A program made the position numbers and the translations under genes. The notes below the pieces were generated by a model. It was not told the DNA's origin, did not search any database, and was given only the letters and a program-made list of their open reading frames with translations. Below are positions 48,312-56,544 of a stretch of DNA of 56,544 nucleotides, piece after piece (the first letter of the stretch is position 1; every line of letters starts with the position of its first letter). This stretch comes from an uncultured archaeon (GTDB lineage Archaea; Asgardarchaeota; Heimdallarchaeia; Heimdallarchaeales; Kariarchaeaceae): the NCBI GenBank assembly GCA_964645535.1, contig CAZYCQ010000004.1, forward strand, positions 30,874 through 87,417. Direction: 5' to 3'.

Positions 48312-50438
48312 ATGAAGAAGATGGCTTTCTTGTTGATCTTTGCTCTGCTCATTCTCAATGAAGTACCCCTTACAAAAGAAAAGGAAAACAATGCAGTAGC
48401 TCAGATCCAACCCGGTGTTCAGGATTTCTGCCTCAATATTTCTGATCCTTCAAATGTTTGTATCGTTGAAGGAGTTCAATATGAGGCTCCCGTTGGTAAT
48501 GATAGACCCATTGCCAAGTATTGGGGTTACCTGTTCTGGGAATTTATTAGTGGAAATTCACTCCAGTTCTTCCTGAATACCTCCAATCTGATCAAGGAGC
48601 CAAAAATCTATGACCCCGATTTCCCGAATGACAAGTCCCGTGTTGATTGGGAGATTTCCGATCGAGGTGATTACATTTCCATTACTCCATCAGGAAAGCA
48701 TTTCGCGTATGTTATTGAAGCATATTATGACCCTGACGTAGTTGGAGACACTGGTTTTATAGTGGTTTTCCAATCGCAGGTGGTCAACTTTCCGCTTCCT
48801 CGATCTAATGGTGAAGATGCCTTCTACAAAGTTGACTATTCAAATACCATTATTCTTCCTGAAGGGGCAGGAATAATCAGTTTCGCACCAACTGAGGATT
48901 CTCGTGGACCAATCAATTTTGAAAAAATATCTAGCAACAGGTATGGAATCCATTGGGAATACCGAAATAGAGCACTGGATTCAAAACATGATCCACTAAT
49001 AACTGAAGTTACTTACAGCTATGATAGAATCTATCTTCAGTTCACGGAATTGGTTTATAAAAACCAAATAGAACAACAGCAACTTCAAGATGAACAACAG
49101 AACCTGGAATTTTTAAGAAATGCTTTCAGAATAATCTCCACTTTAGCGATTGTTGCTTCCATCATCTCAGTGATTGTTGCTTACCTTCTTGTCAAAAAAC
49201 GCTTTGACCCATTAAAACAGAAAGCAAGGGAATTACCAAGAAGACAGGCTTTAGATGTGGAAAAGGAACAAAAAATGAAGATTGAAGTTAGACGGATGTT
49301 GCTAGGGGGATTCATTCTCTTTCTCATTGTAGCTCCCAATATGATGAGTTCCACCTATGCGCAACCCAGCATTCAAGAAAACATCAAATGGTATGGTCAG
49401 TATGAGATATTCAAGGACAATACCATTCGAGAGACAGTCAAACTGGATCTTCCGATCCCACAAAATACCCTGAAAATTTGGGTGAATACATCCTCAGTTT
49501 GGGACGTTTCCATCACGGATGAAAATGGAGTGCCCATTACCAATGTCAAAAAACTCGATGATAGATTTGAAATCGAAAATCCTCCCTTAATTATTCAATA
49601 TTCATTTACCTATAACTTCGTTCCCTACGACAATGCAGGAATGCTGGTGTACATCGATAGGTTTTGGCTCGAATATTTCAATCCCAATGCAGAATCCGGT
49701 GACAGTGCTTTCTTACGAGCCGATATCGATTATAATGTGGTTCTCCCTTCTGATGCAATAATCTATAGTGCCTCTCCTTCAGATTTGGTGACACTTTCAA
49801 TTGATCCCGACGGTCGCAAAAGGGTGAGGTTCATAGACACAAATAGGGAAATTGATGCCTTTCATGATGCATGGGAAACCCAAGTTTCCTATTCCTTTGT
49901 GAATGTGATTGATGCCATTGAGAATTTGGATGTTCAGTTCATGAACCGCAGAGTCCAAAACAGAAACATCAATGATCTGATTAAGCAGAACCAAAATCAA
50001 GTCCTGTTCTTTGCCATTCTTGGCATTATTGCTCCCCTGATTTCTTTTCTGATCGCCTATTGGACCTTCAGAAGGAGAGCACTCAAGGAAATCGAACGAC
50101 TGCAGCAACAACAAGAAGAACAGATTTTCGTGGAAACAGACCAGATCAATGCATTCATGCAAGTCAATAAAATCGATCCAGATGAACAAGCCCGAGATGC
50201 ATTTCTTGGATACTATTGGGAATTACTGTTCAAACTCAAGAAAAGGCTCAAAAAAGATCCATTGAAGGTACCCTATTCGGTAATCGAGAAGGAACTGCAC
50301 AAGCTTGAGGTCGATGTGGCCGAAGTTCTTAATCTGATCGAAGAAGGAAGAATGGTTGAATTGAATGATGATCCGATCTTTTTTGACCAATTCCAAGATT
50401 ATGCCCAAAGAGTCTTGGAAATACTAAAACAACTGTAG
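48312..50438 (+). CDS. Membrane protein built from two tandem [signal/TM - extracellular beta domain - coiled coil - TM] units
   Basis: The ATG at 48312 follows GAGGTGA. Internal repeat IILPEGAGIISFAP / VVLPSDAIIYSASP. Confidence 0.85.
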   Translation: MKKMAFLLIFALLILNEVPLTKEKENNAVAQIQPGVQDFCLNISDPSNVCIVEGVQYEAPVGNDRPIAKYWGYLFWEFISGNSLQFFLNTSNLIKEPKIYDPDFPNDKSRVDWEISDRGDYISITPSGKHFAYVIEAYYDPDVVGDTGFIVVFQSQVVNFPLPRSNGEDAFYKVDYSNTIILPEGAGIISFAPTEDSRGPINFEKISSNRYGIHWEYRNRALDSKHDPLITEVTYSYDRIYLQFTELVYKNQIEQQQLQDEQQNLEFLRNAFRIISTLAIVASIISVIVAYLLVKKRFDPLKQKARELPRRQALDVEKEQKMKIEVRRMLLGGFILFLIVAPNMMSSTYAQPSIQENIKWYGQYEIFKDNTIRETVKLDLPIPQNTLKIWVNTSSVWDVSITDENGVPITNVKKLDDRFEIENPPLIIQYSFTYNFVPYDNAGMLVYIDRFWLEYFNPNAESGDSAFLRADIDYNVVLPSDAIIYSASPSDLVTLSIDPDGRKRVRFIDTNREIDAFHDAWETQVSYSFVNVIDAIENLDVQFMNRRVQNRNINDLIKQNQNQVLFFAILGIIAPLISFLIAYWTFRRRALKEIERLQQQQEEQIFVETDQINAFMQVNKIDPDEQARDAFLGYYWELLFKLKKRLKKDPLKVPYSVIEKELHKLEVDVAEVLNLIEEGRMVELNDDPIFFDQFQDYAQRVLEILKQL

Positions 50439-50449
50439 GAGTTACTACC

Positions 50450-51187
50450 ATGAAATTTAGACACCATTTGTTCATTCCCATAATTATCACAGCTCTATTG
50501 GTTAATCCACAACCTTCCTCTGCAGCTGTAGGTGCCAAATACCAATTTGAACTTGATCCTCAAGGCTTTTACCAAATGAGTGCTCAAGCATCTGCACCTC
50601 TTGTCTGGCCTGAAGATGGATTAAACGAAGTAAATCTTACAATAACTATTGAAAATCTCCCAAATGACAATATTTCAGGTATTACAATATTCGCCGTCAA
50701 TTTCATTCTTCAATTTGACAGGAAAAATGAATCCCAAGTCTTGCCAGAGAGTGACAATGTCATCATCAATCAGAATTACAAGAATGTATCCGATCAAATT
50801 ACAATTTCAAGGACTTTCGATTCTCCAAAACTTACCGACCAGTTTGTCATTAAAATTGAAATTTTGGCGATTACGACTGGAAACTTGACACAGGACATAA
50901 ATAACCCCCCTGCGTATTCATTTTTCTTTCCGGAGGAACCTGCTTCAATATTTGTCGAAAGAAGCCAAGCAAGGGCACTGATCAACCTCTATGGATTCCC
51001 TCCAACATCATTTATGCTGAATTTCGGCTTTCTTTTGTTCGGAATGGCCACACCTATGCTTATTCCACTACTGGTCACGTTGGGATATTTCGTGAAGGAC
51101 AAAAAGGATGAACGGAATAAAAAACAAGGGAATGAACAACCCGAGGTTTTGAGCTCTGACACTCAGGACACAGTGGAGGTGAACTGA
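50450..51187 (+). CDS. Secreted, C-terminally anchored protein (MoxR operon)
   Basis: Signal peptide ending SSAA, several NxS/T sequons, and a C-terminal TM with a charged tail. Confidence 0.85.
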   Translation: MKFRHHLFIPIIITALLVNPQPSSAAVGAKYQFELDPQGFYQMSAQASAPLVWPEDGLNEVNLTITIENLPNDNISGITIFAVNFILQFDRKNESQVLPESDNVIINQNYKNVSDQITISRTFDSPKLTDQFVIKIEILAITTGNLTQDINNPPAYSFFFPEEPASIFVERSQARALINLYGFPPTSFMLNFGFLLFGMATPMLIPLLVTLGYFVKDKKDERNKKQGNEQPEVLSSDTQDTVEVN

Positions 51188-52780
51188 ATGGTCCAGACAT
51201 CTATCCAGATCCGGAGAATTACCGACAAAGTTGGCAGATATTTCCAGAGATTCGGATTTAGAACTTACTCCCGAATTCTGGAAAGAGGATCCGTGATCTC
51301 TGCCAACAAAACCCTCGGTCCAGATCGGTTTCAATGCAGGGTGGCCGAAACAAGTCGAGGCACAGCGGTAAGCTTTTACTCAATAAACACTTGGACAAAC
51401 TTTCTTCCTTTCCTTCCATTTCTGTTATTTGGATTGCTCATTGCTCTTAATGAAGTAGGAGGACTCTCTCAATTCATTTCGGGTGAAAACGCCCTTTTTG
51501 GTGTTAACTGGATACGCCTTATTGGTGGATCATTTGAGATCAATGTGCTAAGTGTAGGGATCTTAATCCTGATCCCCTCAATTTTCTCTTTCACACTTTA
51601 TTCGATGCAAACGATACGTCTTGCCAACCTGAAAAACAGATTTTCTTTCTTCACCAAAGATGCCATTTGGGAACCGAGAGATGTTTCGAGCTCGATTCTT
51701 AGCCTGCGTGGCGCTCAAACGGGTTTTACTCATGGATGGTTCCTTGCCATCATGTTCTTCTCGCTTTTTGCAATGCCTCAAGCCATAATTGATGATGTGA
51801 AGGTCATCTACAATGTGGATGAAGAACAACTTCAGAAAAGTATGGAATTTGGCTTTTCAATCATTTCAGGATTGCTGATTGGATTGGTTTCCGGCATCAA
51901 AAGTCTCATTCTGCGAAAAGAGCAAAGTCGATTTGATGCTCGTCTTAAACTGACTGGAACATACTATGAAAGAAGAATCGAACCAATGCTCTTTGGAGCC
52001 CAAACTGCACTGGTTGCAGGTGCTCTCTTTATTCCGTTCCAAGCCATAACCTTTTCTCAAACAGGTGCCTTTGCAAATGCTGCATTCACTGTAACCGCTC
52101 TTGCGATTGGTGGCATCGTTGCAGGTTCAATCTATGAGGAAGGTCCTGTTTGGTTGGCTGGTTCATATATTGCCCTCCTTTTCTTCACCTCAATCGCACT
52201 GGTATTTAGAACAGGCCAAGAACCTGCACTTGCCTTTGTGGTCATCCTTATACTTTTCTTCTCATTGGTTCCATTCTTCCTCCTGTCCTCGGTTGTTTTT
52301 GATACGGTTCTACGACGGTATCGAATTAATACTGTTGATTTCCATTATGATTATTTCCCCTTCAATCCCATCTGGTCAATTATCCAAACACAACGAAGGA
52401 TCCAACGAACGATACAGGCCTATGAGGAATCCTTGGCAGAAGAACATATCATTGCAGAATCAGGTGTTCTTTTAATCGATAAGGCTCTTCTTCACAAAAA
52501 AGGTGGTGAGCTTGCTGAAAGGATAGCAAAGCACTATTTCCAACTCTTGACTGTCTATAATTCTATGTTTGATGAAGAAGAGGCTGTCTTAGTGCCTACC
52601 AATGGTCAGTTGATCGAATGGTGGGCTGGAAAAGTGGGTAAACGGGATCTCAAGAATCAAGTGGCTTTCCTGAACTTTACTGACAGATTGCTTTGGGATC
52701 CTGAATTTTTCCCTGAACAGAATGACCTGAAGAAATTCGACAACATCGGTTTCAACATGGTCATTGATTTGGAGAGATAA
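51188..52780 (+). CDS. Polytopic membrane protein (MoxR operon)
   Basis: About 8 hydrophobic helices; GGAGGTGA SD and a start abutting the upstream stop. Confidence 0.85.
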   Translation: MVQTSIQIRRITDKVGRYFQRFGFRTYSRILERGSVISANKTLGPDRFQCRVAETSRGTAVSFYSINTWTNFLPFLPFLLFGLLIALNEVGGLSQFISGENALFGVNWIRLIGGSFEINVLSVGILILIPSIFSFTLYSMQTIRLANLKNRFSFFTKDAIWEPRDVSSSILSLRGAQTGFTHGWFLAIMFFSLFAMPQAIIDDVKVIYNVDEEQLQKSMEFGFSIISGLLIGLVSGIKSLILRKEQSRFDARLKLTGTYYERRIEPMLFGAQTALVAGALFIPFQAITFSQTGAFANAAFTVTALAIGGIVAGSIYEEGPVWLAGSYIALLFFTSIALVFRTGQEPALAFVVILILFFSLVPFFLLSSVVFDTVLRRYRINTVDFHYDYFPFNPIWSIIQTQRRIQRTIQAYEESLAEEHIIAESGVLLIDKALLHKKGGELAERIAKHYFQLLTVYNSMFDEEEAVLVPTNGQLIEWWAGKVGKRDLKNQVAFLNFTDRLLWDPEFFPEQNDLKKFDNIGFNMVIDLER

Positions 52781-52782
52781 TC

Positions 52783-53721
52783 ATGTCCGAGGAAAGCTTG
52801 ACTGAAAGTCAAATGGATGCAATTCGCGAGGCAGAAAAGGTTCTCCTTGCCAAACAACTCAAGAATCTCTCTATCCTTGCACAACAGAAGGTGGCAACTT
52901 TCCTCGCGGGAACAAGGAAATCGAAGTTCCGTGGAGATGGAACTGACTTTGCAGATCTTAGGGACTATGTTCCTGGCGATGACCTCCGAAAGGTCGATTG
53001 GAAAGCCACTGCTCGATATAAAAATCGCTTGATCGTAAAGGAATTTGAACAAGAAAGGAATGCAAATGTCGTGATACTTTTGGATGCTTCGGCTTCCATG
53101 CTTATCGGAAAAAGGGAACCCCGGATTAAAGCAGCAGTGGAAGCCATTGCCAGCTTAACATATGCTACAATCATGAACAAGGATTTTATCGGATTTGCCG
53201 CGTATTCCTCTGAACTGTCCCAATTCATTCCCCCAAAAGGAGGAAAAACACATGAGTTCTTTATCTATCATAAATTACTTACATTGACCCCCATTGGCGA
53301 AACAAATCTAGGAGAGGCTTTGAAAGAAGTCTCCACCCTTCTAAAGAGACAATCCCTCATTTTGGTCATTTCTGACCTGCATGATAAACTCGATGAAACC
53401 TTTAGAGGATTCAGAATCGCCAAAGCCCTGAAACATGAAGTTCAGCTTCTCCAAATTACAGATTACGGAGAATTCATCCTACCTGACAATATGGGGAAAG
53501 TCAAATTTACTGATCCCACAACCAAACAACCTGTCACCATTGACTTATCGGATCCACTTTCACGTGGTCTTTATGACTATGTGATTTTCCAGAAGGTGAA
53601 GGAAATCGAGGATTTCAAAAGAAAACTGAGAGGTTTGAAGATTCGCGTGGTTGAAAGCCATACTGAAGATATCACTCAACAGGTTCTTCTCGCCTATTAC
53701 TCTGCTAAAGGTCGGGCTTGA
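52783..53721 (+). CDS. DUF58 family VWA protein
   Basis: GDGTDFADLRDYVPGDDLRKVDWKATAR, VKEFEQER, MIDAS DASASM, TNL, VISDL. Confidence 0.95.
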   Translation: MSEESLTESQMDAIREAEKVLLAKQLKNLSILAQQKVATFLAGTRKSKFRGDGTDFADLRDYVPGDDLRKVDWKATARYKNRLIVKEFEQERNANVVILLDASASMLIGKREPRIKAAVEAIASLTYATIMNKDFIGFAAYSSELSQFIPPKGGKTHEFFIYHKLLTLTPIGETNLGEALKEVSTLLKRQSLILVISDLHDKLDETFRGFRIAKALKHEVQLLQITDYGEFILPDNMGKVKFTDPTTKQPVTIDLSDPLSRGLYDYVIFQKVKEIEDFKRKLRGLKIRVVESHTEDITQQVLLAYYSAKGRA

Positions 53722-53972
53722 CTCGTAAAACCATCAATCAGTTGCTGTTTCTTGAATTTCGAAAAAGATTTTATTTCCCGTTCCCTTTTCATTGCCATTG
53801 ATCGGTTTGCATGTGTCTCATAATACACCAATCTGAATGGTCGCCTTCCTTTGACATATTTGCTTCCTCTTCCAGAAGCATGCTGTTTCATCCGTTGCTG
53901 AAGATTCTTGGTTATCCCAGTATATATGGTTCCGTCTGAACATTCCAGCAAATAGACAAAAACTGGTTCCAC
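53697..53972 (-). CDS. Stand-alone GIY-YIG nuclease (UPF0213/YazA-like)
   Basis: FVYLLECSDGTIYTGIT, R..QH..G.GSKY, RPF.LVY.E, AMKRE..IK. Confidence 0.93.
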   Translation of the reverse strand: MEPVFVYLLECSDGTIYTGITKNLQQRMKQHASGRGSKYVKGRRPFRLVYYETHANRSMAMKREREIKSFSKFKKQQLIDGFTSQARPLAE

Positions 53973-54013
53973 AAATCAACCTGTGATTCCTCTCCCTCAA
54001 AAAGGTTAGGCTC

Positions 54014-55030
54014 TCATTTAAGAATTTTGAAGATTGAAATTGGTGTGGCAAATTCTACCTTCCTAGCTCCAGCTTCATATGCATATTCCTTGAACTGTTC
54101 CTTGGTGACAAATCCACCTGCTCCTTCAACCACAAAAAACAGAACCTCTCCATACGGATTGGCGTTGGGATAAAAGTTCTGTGTTCCAAATACCATCCCT
54201 CCGGATTTGGTCACTCGCAACATTTCTTCTATTGCTTTCCTTGTGTCTGTCCAATGAAGAACCTGTGATGCGTACACCATGTCAAAAGTCGCATCCTCAA
54301 ATGGAATATGCAATGCAGAGCCTTCTATGAATTCCGGAAGTTCCATCGTTTGGATCTTCCCATCAATTAAGGGATTATGCTTTCGCACAAAATCCCAAAA
54401 TTCCTCTTTGGCAATCTCAAGTAGCGTTTCACTTGGATCAATGCCAACAAGTTTCATCCCTTCAATGGATCCTTTCCCATAATAATAATTCCAGATTGCA
54501 GCAGTTCCGTAACCGTTTCCACAGCCTACATCCAGAAAGTTCCCCTGTTTCCGCAATGCACCGGAAAATGCGAATGCACTCCTCCTGATCTGTTCATACA
54601 TCTTCGTTGCTAAAGCATCATCCCAATTGAACAGATTGATCCCAGAAGTAAATTCCATATATTTTCCTTTAAGCCTCTCCGGAAGGAAATTTGCATGCTC
54701 TTTCCATATATCGGTCAATGAATCCGAAAAAATGGATGGAGAAATAACCTCATAATGAATGTTCTTGGGATAAATCATCTCCTCTTGTCTGACTAGAACA
54801 TTATCCTTTATCAGCAAATCCAGCAGATGGGAAAGGAAATCGATATCAGTATATCCGTAATTGTCAATCAATTGCTCCTCTGTTTTTCCCTCCCTGAAAA
54901 AATCAAACCATCCTTCTTTGTCCAATGCTTGGAGCACTATCCCGAAAAAGAAGGAATCTATCTCTTTCCGAAGATAGCTGACATTGCCAAGCTTCAATAA
55001 TTCTTTCCATGCCAGTAATTTCCTGATCAA
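54014..55030 (-). CDS. Class I SAM-dependent methyltransferase with an N-terminal helical/wHTH extension
   Basis: FLDVGCGNG, GIDPS, IPFEDATFDMV, VLHW, LRVTKSGG. The TTG start follows AGGTGA. Confidence 0.9.
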   Translation of the reverse strand: MIRKLLAWKELLKLGNVSYLRKEIDSFFFGIVLQALDKEGWFDFFREGKTEEQLIDNYGYTDIDFLSHLLDLLIKDNVLVRQEEMIYPKNIHYEVISPSIFSDSLTDIWKEHANFLPERLKGKYMEFTSGINLFNWDDALATKMYEQIRRSAFAFSGALRKQGNFLDVGCGNGYGTAAIWNYYYGKGSIEGMKLVGIDPSETLLEIAKEEFWDFVRKHNPLIDGKIQTMELPEFIEGSALHIPFEDATFDMVYASQVLHWTDTRKAIEEMLRVTKSGGMVFGTQNFYPNANPYGEVLFFVVEGAGGFVTKEQFKEYAYEAGARKVEFATPISIFKILK

Positions 55031-55038
55031 TCTATCAC

Positions 55039-55926
55039 CTACCCTAATAGTTTGCGACGATTTGTAAATTCAACCATTTTTCCAAGTTCGATGTACTTCT
55101 GCGGCTCCCTTAATATCAAATCATATACTGTTTCCTCACCCATGAGAATCGATTTCACATTCGCCCCATCCAAATCAAACTCCCTTGTGATTTTTTCTGT
55201 AATCTTGGGGATATAATTCGTCAATTCCGTTTTGACCTTGACACGTATAAGATCTGTTCTCAAGAGTTTTTCCAAAGCACTGAAGTCCACCGTCTCATTT
55301 CTGGTGACAATGTGTAGCAGAAGGATCAGTGAAGATAGTTGTATGAACCCTTCTGAGGAATATTTTGCCAACACATTCTCCAATGACTGTTGCAATCTAT
55401 CATTTGGTTCATCCACTGCAAAAATCAACGCATATTGGTTGTCCAAGATGACCTGAATCTTCAAATCCGCAAAATCCACCGCAAAGGAATTTTTTGATTC
55501 ATAAAGCTGTTGAACCTCATGGATTTTCTTCAGCACATGTTCCAATAGGACATTCAGATTCATGCCTTCCGCTGCTATAAATTGCAAAACCATCCGGGAT
55601 GTGATGTCATAAAGATAAAAGAACAAAAATGGGTGTCTCTGAAGGTCACTTGTTTCCTCCACAGGTTCCAAATAAAAACCTGAAACATCCTCCAAAACCA
55701 ATCGTTCAGCATAGGCGTCTAGATGACCTCGATAGAGGCCTTTTGCATCAACAATGATTGAATTGACATGTCGCTCTTCATCAATTGTGTGCTCTACTCT
55801 GAACGATTGCAAAGACATTCCAAAAAAGGAATCATGGTCTTTCTTGGATATGTAAGTAGAAGGGTCTTGTATTGAAAATGAAACCTCCATCCCACATATT
55901 TTACAGGTGAATGAGGTCTGAACCAT
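55039..55926 (-). CDS. Hypothetical protein with an N-terminal CxxC...H..H putative Zn domain, coupled to the GTPase gene
   Basis: The ATG at 55926 lies just after the GTPase stop; FTCKICG...VEH...RHVNSIIVDAKG.YRG. Confidence 0.75.
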   Translation of the reverse strand: MVQTSFTCKICGMEVSFSIQDPSTYISKKDHDSFFGMSLQSFRVEHTIDEERHVNSIIVDAKGLYRGHLDAYAERLVLEDVSGFYLEPVEETSDLQRHPFLFFYLYDITSRMVLQFIAAEGMNLNVLLEHVLKKIHEVQQLYESKNSFAVDFADLKIQVILDNQYALIFAVDEPNDRLQQSLENVLAKYSSEGFIQLSSLILLLHIVTRNETVDFSALEKLLRTDLIRVKVKTELTNYIPKITEKITREFDLDGANVKSILMGEETVYDLILREPQKYIELGKMVEFTNRRKLLG

Positions 55927-55933
55927 ATTCAGG

Positions 55934-56491
55934 TTAATCACCACCAAAAGATCCAAGGTAATCAAATATTTCCTTTAGCCCCAACCCCGTTTTAAGACTG
56001 AGATCAAACCATCTGCTGATTTTGGGAACTGCAAGCTTGACTGAATCAATCATTTCCTCTGTGACATTCCGCTCTAAATCTAACTTGTTCTGGATAACAA
56101 TGAAAGTGGGCGGCTGCTCCCTTTGGTTTTCAAAATATTTGTTCACAAGAGAAAACCACACTTCTAAATCAAGAAAGGACTGCATCGAATTCGCGGCAAA
56201 CATCATGATGACGAGATCTGTACGACCAAGAGCTAGGCGTTCAAAGTCTTTGAGTGCGTGAATCGGAAGATCGATTTGACCTGCAACATCCATCATCAGA
56301 AATGAATTGTCATCAATTTTCAGTGCTTCAAATTCCATGAAAAGGGTGCGATGAAAATCAAGTTCCAATTCATCCAGCAATTTCCCGCTTTTGAGTACCT
56401 TCAGAAAACTGGTCTTCCCAACCGCCCCTGATCCAACAACAACGACTTTCGACAGTTTTTTCTTCTTCTTGACCGAAGCGAGGAAGTCCAT
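55934..56491 (-). CDS. Divergent Ras-superfamily small GTPase
   Basis: GSGAVGKTS, HRT, DVAGQ, NKLD, DLSLK; polybasic N-terminus KKKKK. Confidence 0.9.
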   Translation of the reverse strand: MDFLASVKKKKKLSKVVVVGSGAVGKTSFLKVLKSGKLLDELELDFHRTLFMEFEALKIDDNSFLMMDVAGQIDLPIHALKDFERLALGRTDLVIMMFAANSMQSFLDLEVWFSLVNKYFENQREQPPTFIVIQNKLDLERNVTEEMIDSVKLAVPKISRWFDLSLKTGLGLKEIFDYLGSFGGD

Positions 56492-56544
56492 GTTCTATCT
56501 CATTAATTTCTCTGATTAAAAATATTATGGAAAAAAAATTAATC

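Noticed and set aside
53697-53972. GIY-YIG gene as a homing endonuclease or mobile element
   Set aside because: It is a stand-alone ~90-aa UPF0213-type domain with no DNA-binding extension, intron/intein context or flanking repeats.

Overview
Gene-dense, AT-rich chromosomal segment that reads as an Asgard archaeon, possibly Heimdallarchaeia. This is inferred from AGGTGA-type Shine-Dalgarno motifs, the archaeal pyrBI layout, four unprenylated Rab/Ras-like small GTPases and several longin/uDENN-like domains. Housekeeping genes include eno, pgk, gdhA, a 2-oxoacid:ferredoxin oxidoreductase pair, pyrB/I/C/E/F, msrA, a Zn/Mn ABC transporter with a DtxR-type regulator, and an M3 peptidase. The most striking signal is two paralogous proteins that fuse an intact CheY-like receiver domain to a C-terminal longin/uDENN-like domain; one sits directly upstream of a Rab-like GTPase, the other near a GTPase and a chemoreceptor. 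A tandem ATP-cone-longin fusion is also present. Together these suggest a phosphorelay- and nucleotide-controlled layer regulating small GTPases. Other notable items are a five-gene MoxR/DUF58 membrane operon with an internally duplicated, polyprotein-like subunit, an APD1-4-like membrane protein, an AUR1/IPT1-like lipid phosphotransferase, two apparent pseudoenzymes, and a triple Zn-ribbon protein ending in a TFIIB-like ribbon. No rRNA, tRNA, CRISPR array or transposase was seen. All family assignments are by-eye motif recognition; no searches were run.
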